Assembly: GCA_964016885.1 (NCBI GenBank)
Contig: OZ024742.1
Span: forward strand, 113,956,001 to 114,020,000
Direction of reading: 5' to 3'
DNA: 64,000 bases
From: Eledone cirrhosa
Lineage: Eukaryota
Each line of letters begins with the position of its first letter. Position 1 is the stretch's first letter. The translations under genes and the position numbers were made by a program. Shown piece by piece: positions 1-11,622 of the stretch. Below the pieces are notes generated by a model. The model was not told where the DNA came from. It saw only the letters and a program-made list of their open reading frames with translations, and searched no databases.

Positions 1-1000
1 AAAAACAGCCTACACAAATACGTGACTGATATTAAGGAGCCAATGCTCAGAATTGTACTGAAGGAGAGGACAATGGACCAGGAGCTGTCCAAGGAGAAAG
101 AACAAGGAGAAAGAACAGCCTTCATGAAAATCCCTTCATAGTACCGTCTTTGAGAAAACTGAATTCATAATCCACAGACATGGAACTGGTTGAAAAGAGG
201 AGACCTTAAAACGCTACAGAAGGAATACTGATGGCTACGCAAGAGCAGGCCCTCAAAACGAAGTGGTTGAAACACCATATTTACAAGGAGGAGGCTAGCA
301 CACTGTGCAGTATCCGTGGAGAGAGTGAGGAGACTGTGGCTCACATTGTATCCGAGTGTAAACACCTTGCCCAGACTCACTATAAAGGCTGGCGACATGA
401 TGTGATGGCCAGGGTGATCCACTGGCACCTATGCAAAGTAAACAATTTACCACATTCTGAGAAGTGGTATGAGCATAAGCCAGAGGCGGTGATAGAAAAC
501 GATCAGGTGAAGGTGCTGTGGGATTTTAGGACACAGACGGACAAGAAACTGGAACACAATAGACCTGACCTTGTGGTTTTGGACAAGGATAAAGATCTTG
601 CCTGATTGTGGATGTGGCCTGACCATTCAACACGAGAGTGCAAGAGATGTAGAGGGAGAAAATTAACCGATACCAGGACTGAAAGTGGGAGGTAAAAAGG
701 ATTTGGAACTGCCATGAAGTCAAAGTGGTCCCAATTGTCATAGGCGCAGCAGGTACTAACTCAAAAAGTGTCCATGGATGGTTAAAGAAATGTAACCACG
801 CCCCGCTTTTTGGAACGCTTCAAAAAGCATGCTTGTTGGGAACAGCAAGTGCTGATACCTCTGATACGTCCTGAATAGCTGAGGCTGCAAGTAGTGGCTT
901 GATATTCATCCCAACCAACTTTCCAGTTCACTAACATCAATGACTGGGACTCAACGAACAATAATAATAATAAGTATAGTAAGAATAATAATAATAATAA
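1..1000 (+). mobile_element. 3' end of R4/Dong-type non-LTR retrotransposon (CCHC knuckle + restriction-like endonuclease), degraded, ending in an (AAT)n tract
   Basis: ORF 231-605 has C..R....ET..HI.S.C, then RHD...IHW.LC and VLWDF..QTDK.LEHNRPDLVV (PD-(D/E)xK RLE). (AAT)n at ~960-1000. Confidence 0.85.
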
Positions 1001-1949
1001 CGTATGGATCTGTAATCCACGTGGTGGATAGAGGGTAATGGAATGCTCCCGTTAGATTTTGATTTTTAACATAGTTAAAACAATTGTGATATAACAATTC
1101 TAAGTACAAATTGGACATAAAAAAACCAGGCTTAGCTCTCAGGAAATGAGAACCCATAATATACTGTTATATCGCTCAAATATCCAATTTTGTATTATAA
1201 ATTTTATATTCAAAAAAGAAAGTGGTTATAAATGGAACAAACTCCCTCTGTCTACACTATATAGAACTGCCAAATAACAGCAATTTCACAATCACAACAA
1301 CCTAGATACACCACCTATTCCATCACATCTCCACTAAATACAACAGCCAGATAACGGCAATTTCACCACCACCATCACCAATCCCAGCATATTAATAATA
1401 ATTACTTTTATTGTATTTCAAGTTTTCTCAAAATGTTTAATTCAAATATTAAGAAAAATATGTCAACACATATATTAAACATACGCGACAAACCCCATAG
1501 ATATACAGATTAAACAAATGCATCCTACTACAGTCGATTCAACAGAACTCAGTAACGACAACGCCACCACTACAGTTACCGCCGCCACCACTCAATCATT
1601 GCGACCACTATCCCATCACCGCCGCCACCACTCCTTCATTGCTGCCACCACTATTCCCACACTACCTTCTGTTAACTTAAGAAAGGGGAAGGTGGTGGTA
1701 TCACTAGAGAAGCGAGAGGCTAGCAAAAGATATGAATAGACTGACTTAGTGTCCCGGTCAAACGTCAACGACTATGGCACTGCTGGCTCCCACCTTCCCT
1801 ACCAACAATAGAAACATCCCAAGCACCACCACCGACATAGCCAACAGGCAACTTCAACAAATAGTATATTATATTATATTATATTATTAATTATTATATT
1901 ATATTATTAATAATAATGTCATTCTGAAGCCACGCAAGGAAACACACAT

Positions 1950-4093
1950 GATAATAACAATTATACCCCGTGACCAAGAAATACCGGCATTGCGGCCGGC
2001 GGGGAATAGCCGTGTATCTAGGGGAGGACGACCCCTCTAGTCCTGGTTGACACTCGTCCTGGAAGTGGTAACACGAAATGATTGCACCTTGGCGTTTAAG
2101 GATAAAAAGCGATAAATTAAAGTAAATGTCAAATGATAAAATCTCATACCGGATCGGCCGTCACCCGGGTCAAAAAGGGCCGCGTCTCTCAGACAGGAAC
2201 CAGACTGGGGTCGAGAAATCAGCTAATGGTTCAAACCTTCCCATCACTTCGGAGCTGGAGACCTCCCATAACCGGAATACTCCTACTGTTAGCCCTCCAT
2301 GCTCTCCACCAAGAAATCCAAAGAAATAGAGAGAAAATGGTCAAGGGAAGACAATAAAGAAGTCCTTGAGGCTTTCTTCACTGCCATGTACTACCCATCA
2401 AATAGATCGAATACAGAACAGACATTTATCAACTGGAAAAAAAACATCCCGATAACAGAAGCAATATTGACAGTAACAAACTAGTCAATATACGAAGAAA
2501 AATTGTAAGAAAAAAGTTACTAACTGATATAGAAATTGATCAGATCAAGCTATTAGCACAGGGTCAGCAAATGGAAAATGAAACATGTGTCAGTGAAAAT
2601 GGGGTGAATTGTAACACTTCGAATCCCAGGGTGGGGGCGGAATAACTGACAGCAGAACAAATTAAAGAAATTATCGAAAAAGTGGAGGAAGTGCATGCTC
2701 AAGATGAAACTCAAAATGAAAACAATGAGATTATAAATGATAAAGAAATTAATGAGAATGAACTCGCCAAATTGAAGGATTAAATTATGATCGAATGAAT
2801 GAAAAAGAAAGAATCTGACATGGGGGAACGAGACACTCTCCCTAAGATCCAGAACGCCAAACAAAAACAAAAGATAATATACAAGACTAACATAATTCTC
2901 AAAAACATTATCATCGCAAAGAAACTAAACATTACTGATCTAAATCATCTCTATTGTGCATAGACTAAAGTCACCACTCACTTATGTGGAGTGAAAATGA
3001 AAAAACAAAGGAATTCCCACGATAAATCTACTTGGCAAGAGAACGTCACTCGCCAAATAAACATTTTCCGATCTGACATAGAAATTTTAACAAACTACAA
3101 AGTAGGTGAACATGTTAAACAAACTAAAAGAATTAAACGAAAATACAGTATAAAATCAGCAAGTGACATAGACATGCTGATATAAATAATCAAGCAAAAA
3201 GTGTCGGCCAAAGCTGCTCGTATAAGGCGCTTTGAAAAACGATCTAGATTCTATAAGGACAATAATATGTTCAAAACCAACCAAATAAATTCTACAGAAA
3301 AATTGGCAAGTCAACAATAACTGCTAAATCAATACCACCCAAGGAAGAAGTGCAAGAATTCTGGGAGATCTGGGCCGAAAAAAAAGTTCATCATATACAT
3401 GCCATATGGATAGACAGAAAAGTGAAAGATACAGCTCACCTTGAAGAACAAACATGGGAAAATATAACAGTTGAACTGTTTGGCTCTTAGAAAAAACCAA
3501 CAAATGGAAATCCCCAGGAAAAGACAAATTTTTGGATAAATGCCTTCACAGAGTCTCATGAGCTGTTAGCCCAACTTTACAATGAAATAGTTAAGGAGCC
3601 AGAAAATATACAATTATGGCTTGTTAATGGCATTACATTCCTACTTCCAAAGAATGATGAGACAAGCAATCCCAAAATATACAGACCGATAACTTGCTTG
3701 ACCACAATGTATAACATTTTAACATCAGTCCTAACTGAATATACATATCACCACCTGATAACAAATGACCTATTTCCCAATGAGCAGAAAGTGTGTAAAT
3801 GAGGCTCATATGGTGTAAGGATCAGCTTTTGGCTGACAAAATGATAGTGGAAGATTGTCATAACAGACACAAACATCTTTCAATTGCTTTGATAGATTAT
3901 AAAAATGCATTCGATAGTTTGCCACACAGTTGAATTGAAAAATGTTTTGAGATTTTCAAAATATCTGTCGTTGTCAGGAGCTTCTTGCCATTCAGTATGA
4001 AGACATGGAAAACGACACTCCTTTTGAATAGTGAAAGAAAAATCATTGGAAGCTGGAGAAGTTAATATTAATTGTGGAATTTTTCAGGGTCAG
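1950..4093 (+). mobile_element. 5' part of R4/Dong-type non-LTR retrotransposon with disrupted ORF and N-terminal RT motifs, truncated by a microsatellite
   Basis: Frameshifted translation gives RKWSREDNKEV, NPKIYRPITCLTTMY, EQK, KDQLL, IDYKNAFDSLPH and INCGIFQG. It starts after TAA-like repeats and ends at a (CA)n(TA)n tract at ~4100. Confidence 0.85.
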
Positions 4094-4099
4094 GTGTCT

Positions 4100-4360
<261 letters not shown>

Positions 4361-5284
4361 GGTATAGGTGGGTATGTGTTGATATAGATAGGTATGGATA
4401 TGTGTGTATATGACTATGTGCACATGTGTAAATGTGTAATTAGATTTGCATCTGTTTGTGCGTATGTATATTTTTGGTTGGATATCAATATATCTCTACA
4501 TCTCTATATATAGTGTGGATATATGCACTATGTAATCTATGGAATTTGAGTTTTAAGTGTGCCAACATGTATTTATCTGAGTTTGATTATTTATGCATAA
4601 ACATACTTCATAGTATTTTAGAGCGTATCATAAGCTGTATTGTACTAAGTGCAATTTGCCACACCGTACTATATTGTGTTGGTTATGTTGTATATTATTA
4701 CATTACTGTGTATCATTATCTTATTATAATTTCTTCTTTTAATATACTATCTTTCCTGGCCATAACCTTAATTTATATTCACCTAAAAACTCAATACAAC
4801 ACTAATCACCATTTCTTTTTACATTTATTTTTACATTATTTTTACAATCCTTTAAAACTTCGCTATACCAGATACATTCAACTATCAGTTTGACAATCCC
4901 TTTCCTCCTAATAGATTGTTATGCCAATTCTACTATTAACACCATTCAACCATTCATTTCAAAGGGTCATGACCTCAACTAAAATGTATCACTTTTCATT
5001 CTTAACACCATATGAAAAAAACAATTTGGTTGGTTGGTTCTTCAACACCCCCGAATAGGGACATGATACTAACATACTACTAATTCTGAATAACATTGTT
5101 ATTGCTTTTGAAAACAGCTGGTGATATGCATGGGAGTAAATATTCTCTTTTTCGGATATTTTGTAATTAACCTTACATAGATCAATAACCGAGTATAGCT
5201 ACAATGTATTATCATCACTTAGAAACGATCACAAAGCACTGAAGTATATCTCTAATGACTTGATTTTTTATTTCATTGTTTTAA

Positions 5285-5353
<69 letters not shown>

Positions 5354-5759
5354 ATATATATTTTCCCTCTACACCTGTGCATACACACATACACAGATTC
5401 GCACATATATTCTTACACATACATAAACAACTATGCAAAGAATACATGAATGAAAAGCATATAAAGATACACATCGGGCTGCACATGCTAAAATGCACGT
5501 TGTTGTACGTGCTGACATAGTTGATATTGTGTTGCCAACGTGGATTAATCCACGTATAGACACTTCAAGCAAAGCTACATATGGGGAGTTCATGGTATTA
5601 ATGTAAAGGGTATGCCCAGACCGTATATAAAAAATGCATGCAGGATATATAACAAAATTAATGTATGCAGAATATATAAATAAAAATACATACATCTGAA
5701 TTATATAATAAAAGTATACAACGATACACATTGGTTTGTAAATGGAAAAATACATGGGG

Positions 5760-6430
5760 TGTTACGTAATGGAGTTCGTCGAGAATATGCACATACAACT
5801 GTAAACATATACATGCAGGGAATGCGTGAACAGGCTATAATGGGGCATGTCACTGTGGGTGAGACAGAATGCCTTATTAATGTATGATACGGGACTGAAT
5901 ATCCGTGAATGTTGTGCCACCGTGTCCCGGCTCATGCGATGTTGTTGCCTAGGATTACGTGCCAAGTCCGATAGGCAGCATCGGTTATGTTGACTCACCC
6001 CACAGGGCATACATAGTCAACAAGGTTTGGTGTCTGATCCCTTGGAACCGAGCCGCAGTTTGGACCGGCGTCCGCTTACCAACATGCCTTTAGCTTGGGC
6101 TGTAGGGTTGCCTCCGTGCAGAGAATGTCACCTTCTCTGGTATCTGCATGTCATTATACTCTCCAATTTTAGCTTTACCGCATCATCCTTCAATCTTACT
6201 ATCGCCATGGCCTCGGTTAGGCATAGCCTACTCTTCCTGTTTCCAGCCGAATATGCATTTGCATGTTGAATGATACTCCAGTTGAGATCATACGGAATGC
6301 CGTTGTCTTTCTAGTCCCATATTAGGTCCGTTAGCCTAGTGGAGTGTCTCTTGCTCGGTCCTTGAAAGAGTTTGGGTGATTATACATCCTCGATTTAAAG
6401 GTCGTGGATGTTGCGCCTATGTAGGTGTGT
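5760..6430 (-). mobile_element. Penelope-like element 3' fragment (GIY-YIG endonuclease tail and pLTR region)
   Basis: Minus strand reads YIGATSTTFKSRMYNH...RHSTRLTDLIWD*KDNGIPYDLNWSII, parallel to the GIY-YIG tails at 10381-10878 and 36769-37062. Confidence 0.7.
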
Positions 6431-6611
6431 TTGGTGTTTTGTATGTATATATATCTATCTTTATATATATATATATATATATATGTAGATAAATCTACAA
6501 AAATAAACGGTAGTGTCCAATCCGTATGTAGAACTCCATGTCATCCAAATATCATGAAAAGAGAAGATGTATTCAACAATTTTTCGATGAAAAACACAGG
6601 AAAACATAATC

Positions 6612-6989
6612 AAAATAAATTAATAAAAATAATGAATAAAAACAAAGAAACAGTTCCTTATATTAAAAAATTCATCATTTTACGATCGTTTCTAGGATAT
6701 ATATGTGTGTGTTGGTATGTATATCATATATATCTATGTACATTTTTTACAAACTATAAGAGGGAATATACATACCTATACATGTATATGCTCTCTTCAG
6801 AAATTATTTCTGAAGACAGCATATATATGTGTAGGTATGTATATTCCCTCTGATAGTTTGTAAAAATGTTACATAGATCTATATGATATCCATACCAACA
6901 CAAACATATATATCCTAGAAACGATCGTAAAATGATGAATTTTTTAATATAAGGAACTGTCTCTTTGTTTTTATTCATTATGTTTATTA

Positions 6990-6995
<6 letters not shown>
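6612..6995. repeat. Near-perfect ~190-bp-arm palindrome (head-to-head duplication) lying between (TA)n tracts
   Basis: Centre is ttcagaaat-t-atttctgaa at ~6805. Mirrored ORFs 6425+ and 7053- give near-identical peptides. Confidence 0.92.
6806..6933 (+). ncRNA. Type I hammerhead ribozyme with long stem II (mirror copy on minus strand at 6677-6804)
   Basis: attt-CTGAAGA-[~100-nt imperfect hairpin]-GAAAC-gatc-GTA-aaat. Stem I is attt/aaat and the stem III loop is palindromic. Confidence 0.65.
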
Positions 6996-7049
<54 letters not shown>

Positions 7050-7076
7050 GCAAACTTGACTGTCACCACATATTAT

Positions 7077-7113
7077 GAACCTGAAAATTGCGAAAGCATG
7101 AACGTACTTGTTC
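7077..7113 (+). ncRNA. Degenerate minimal hammerhead in a dispersed repeat (7048-7300; second copy inverted at 60510-60695)
   Basis: gaac-CTGAAAA-ttgc gaaa gcat-GAAC-gtac-TT-gttc. The other copy has CTGAAGA...GAGA, so the consensus is canonical. Confidence 0.55.
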
Positions 7114-7339
7114 AATTAACACTTATAACTTAATATTCTCCTATACTATTTCATTCGATAAAATAAAGTACCAGTAATGCACTGGGTAATTGCTGGCCTT
7201 GTGCCTAAAGTAGAAACAATTATAATACCATTATAAATTTTAAAAGATTGTAAATAAAACGAGTAAATCAGACAAAGTTGGAATTCCTCTTATTAATATA
7301 AACTTGTATACACAATCATACACAGCCGTGTATATTTAT

Positions 7340-7725
<386 letters not shown>

Positions 7726-7875
7726 TTGGCAACTATTCCCGGTGTGGCTCAATGACGAATTAATTAAATAATTTTTCCTACATGATCCCCGCCAGAAACG
7801 AATTCAAATAGGCTAAGAATCATCACGTAGCTAGTGATAAAGGCAGAAAGTTTGTGATTGATATAACATTCTTGC

Positions 7876-10107
7876 CAGAATTAATTGACCTGCGTGCATA
7901 TTATTTTATCTTTTTTATGTTTTGCGATGACCTCCAGTTCCCGTTTGGTGACGGTGTGAGATTTCTCTTCGTGAGACTGCTAGAATTTCAAATTTGGAGG
8001 TCACTCTAACACAGAAGGGTACCATCGCTGAATGTTAATATCGGTAGGGCTTTTTTATATCGATATTGTTGGGCAACCTCTCATGTTTTATAAGTGCCCA
8101 CCTGCATATATTCCTATGGACTATGTGTAGTCTTCTATATAACCTGGACATTATTTTCCCAACTTGTAGAAAACTTATATTAAAACGATCGTTTGGAAAG
8201 AGGTATGTATTTAATTATATAAAATTGTTATATAAAATAATACAACTGGTTATCCGCAAAATAATTATAGTTAGCACCTCAAACGTATAATTGGGATTAT
8301 ACCAAGGTATATTCTAATGTTTGTTGACTGAGACGGAAGTCGGTCGGAGTATTGCTTAAAGATTTCTCTGTTAATGTATTAAATATTATACTCTTGAATT
8401 GGCCAGAGATGAACATTTCCAGATATTTTTAGTTATGACATTCTTTATTTATTCTTTGTATGAATTATTGACTGTTTTTCTTGTATCTTGTCTCTGTTTT
8501 TAGCCTGAGAAAATACCTATATGAATGTATAAATAATACATGCATATATTTAATTTTTTTAAATCCAATTGAGTTCTTCGCATATGGGTAAAATTATTTA
8601 CAGAATTAATTGACCTGCGTGCATAATATTTTATCTTTTTTTTATGTTTTGCGATGACCTCCAGTTCCCGCTTGGTGACGGTGTGAGATTTCTCTTTGTG
8701 AGACTGCTAGGCTTCTATATAACCTGGACATTATTTTCCCAACTTGTAGAAAACTTATATTAAAACGATCGTTTGGAAAGAGGTATGTATTTAATTATGT
8801 GTTATATAAAATAATACAACTGGTTATCCGCAAAATAATTATAGTTAGCACCTCAAACGTATAATTGGGATTATACCAAGGTATATCCTAATGTTTGTTG
8901 AGTGAGACGGAAGTCGGTCGGAGTATTGCTTAAAGATTTCTCTGTTAATGTATTAAATATTATACTCTTGAATTGGCCAGAGATGAACATTTCCAGATAT
9001 TTTTAGTTATGACATTCTTTATTTATTCTTTGTATGAATTATTGACTGTTTTTCTTGTATCTTGTCTCTGTTTTTAGCCTGAGAAAATACCTATATGAAT
9101 GTATAAATAATACATGCATATATTTAATTTTTTTAAATCCAATTGAGTTCTTCGCATATGGGTAAAATTATTTACAGAATTAATTGACCTGCGTGCATAA
9201 TATTTTATCTTTTTTTTATGTTTTGCGATGACCTCCAGTTCCCGCTTGGTGACGGTGTGAGATTTCTCTTTGTGAGACTGCTAGGCTTCTATATAACCTG
9301 GACATTATTTTCCCAACTTGTAGAAAACTTATATTAAAACGATCGTTTGGAAAGAGGTATGTATTTAATTATGTGTTATATAAAATAATACAACTGGTTA
9401 TCCGCAAAATAATTATAGTTAGCACCTCAAACGTATAATTGGGATTATACCAAGGTATATCCTAATGTTTGTTGAGTGAGACGGAAGTCGGTCGGAGTAT
9501 TGCTTAAAGATTTCTCTGTTAATGTATTAAATATTATACTCTTGAATTGGCCAGAGATGAACATTTCCAGATATTTTTAGTTATGACATTCTTTATTTAT
9601 TCTTTGTATGAATTATTGATTGTTTTTCTTGTATCTTGTCTCTGTTTTTAGCCTGAGAAAATACCTATATGAATGTATAAATAATACATGCATATATTTA
9701 ATTTTTTTAAATCCAATTGAGTTCTTCGCACATGGGTAACATTATTTACAGAATTAATTGACCTGCGTGCATAATATTTTATCTTTTTTTATGTTTTGCG
9801 ATGACCTCCAGTTCCCGCTTGGTGACGGTGTGAGATTTCTCTTTGTGAGACTGCTAGGCTTCTCTATATCCTGGACATTATTTTCCCAACTTGTAGAAAA
9901 CTTATATTAAAACGATCGTTTGGAAAGAGGTATGTATTTAATTATGTGTTATATAAAATAATACAACTGGCTATCCGCAAAATACTTATAGTTAGCACCC
10001 CAAACGTATAATTGGGATTATACTAAGGTATATCCTAATGTTTGTTGAGAGAGACGGAAGTTGGTCGGAGTATTGCTTAAAGATTTCTCTGTTAATGTAT
10101 TAAATAT
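7876..10107 (+). repeat. Tandem array of ~574-bp units (about 3.6 copies; first copy ~150 bp longer)
   Basis: cagaattaattgacctgcgtgc recurs at 7876, 8601, 9175 and 9749. The array ends in a (TA)n tract. Confidence 0.95.
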
Positions 10108-10166
10108 ATATATATATATATATAAATATATATATAAGTGGTTACACAACAGTTAGTTCACCAAAC

Positions 10167-10204
10167 CAAGAACAATTATTTCACCTTAGCATATCCTCAG
10201 CTCG
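10167..10204 (-). ncRNA. Minimal type I hammerhead in PLE pLTR (left copy, diverged)
   Basis: Reverse complement reads cgag-CTGAGGA-tatgctaaggt-GAAAT-aatt-GTT-cttg. Confidence 0.6.
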
Positions 10205-11386
10205 TAAGGAACATGGTTATACGGAACAGGAAGGACAACCGTACGAACGCGCATGCATAGAAACACGTTACTTCACACAGGCAATACTAAAATGCGTGCG
10301 AGATTTGTAAGGGAGATAACTGCGAAAGTCCGAAAAGTGTTTAGTTGATGTTCTTGTAATGATGATGTTCTTGTAATGATTCAATCCGGAGATTTGTAGT
10401 TATGCAAGAGTTCTTTCGAGACGTGTTCACAACGTGTGAAAAATTCATTTCTCGCGTTTAAGCAATCACTAATGTATAATCTCTTCCGAATATTTATTCG
10501 TCCATCAATACATAGTCCACACGAGGGATTTCCCCTTGCGTATGGCTTGGAATTAGTGATGGCTTTCCATTGAATGGAGTAGTCGATATTTGAGTCCTTG
10601 TCGGGCCATACGTGGCACGCAAGCTTCGTGGATGAACGTGTGTCCGGGTACCTAAAGGTCGACTGGTGTTTCAGGATACGTTCCTTAAATCGGCCCTCCA
10701 CCATGCCCACATAGGTTTTGAAATACCGTGGTTGGTTTGGTCGTTTGGAAGTGACCACAGCTTCATAAACTACAGCGGGTGTGTTGCATTGCTGTTGAAG
10801 GGGACAAGCTTCGGGCTTACGGCAGTAGAACCGTGGTGGCGTGCTGCTCCTATGGCTGCTGGTCATGTGGGCCTTCATGTTCTTACGCAGGAGTATCCTA
10901 GTTTTACTTTGTGTCGGTTAAAGATGGAGCAGTATTTATGACCTATGGGAAAGTGTCTATCTAAGAGGGCTAGACATTTTTTGCCTACATTGGTTTTAAC
11001 GTTGAGTGAGAATGGAGGAGAGAACCAGATAGTTTGTCTATTTTTACGCTTTCTTTTCTTATTGCTGTTGTTGATAGTGGGAGAGTCGTATGGACTATGT
11101 ATTGATATACGAATAAATATTCTAAAGAGATTATGCAATAGTGATTGCCTAAACACGAGAAATGAATTCTTCACGCGTTGTCCACACGTCTCGAAACACC
11201 TCTTGAATAACTACAAAACTCCGGATTGAATCATTACAACAACATCATCATTTTCTTTAAAACTTTCGCAGTTATCTCCCTTACAGCTCTCGCACGCATT
11301 GCAATATCGCCTGTGTGAGGTGACCGGTTTCTGCATATGCGCGTTCGTACGGTTGTCCTTCCTGTTCCATATAACCATGTCCATTG

Positions 11387-11425
11387 CGAGCTGAAGATCC
11401 GCATAAAGTGAAACAATTGTTCTCG
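11387..11425 (+). ncRNA. Minimal type I hammerhead in inverted PLE pLTR
   Basis: cgag-CTGAAGA-tccgcataaagt-GAAAC-aatt-GTT-ctcg. Stem I is cgag/ctcg; stem II is weak. Confidence 0.7.
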
Positions 11426-11577
11426 GTATGGTGAACTAACTGTTGTGTAACCACTTCTACCTAACTCGTCTCATGGACTGAGTCCTCTACCACTACGGAT
11501 ATTACCCTCCAGTGTTCTCCCACTATCTATATATATATGTATATATATACACACACATATACATCAACTCAACACAC

Positions 11578-11615
<38 letters not shown>

Positions 11616-11622
<7 letters not shown>

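Larger units (their letters stand above)
10138..11530 (-). mobile_element. 5'-truncated Penelope-like element (Naiad-like GIY-YIG region) with inverted pLTR copy, flanked by (TA)n
   Basis: Minus-strand ORFs contain WFSPPFS..VKTNVGK..LLDRHFP..IFNRHKVKLGYSC, CPL...C...VVY...YVG...FKER..H, CGLC and LN.RNE...CEH. 10138-10525 is inverted at ~11088-11455. Confidence 0.85.

Noticed and set aside
2011-2075. Resemblance to the GIR1 lariat-capping ribozyme
   Set aside because: Only short word matches are present, and group I core elements are not identifiable.
10870-10885. UGA after GYSCVRT as a selenocysteine codon in a Naiad-like PLE
   Set aside because: It is better explained by a frameshift into the NMKAH frame, and the UGA is not at a conserved Cys position.
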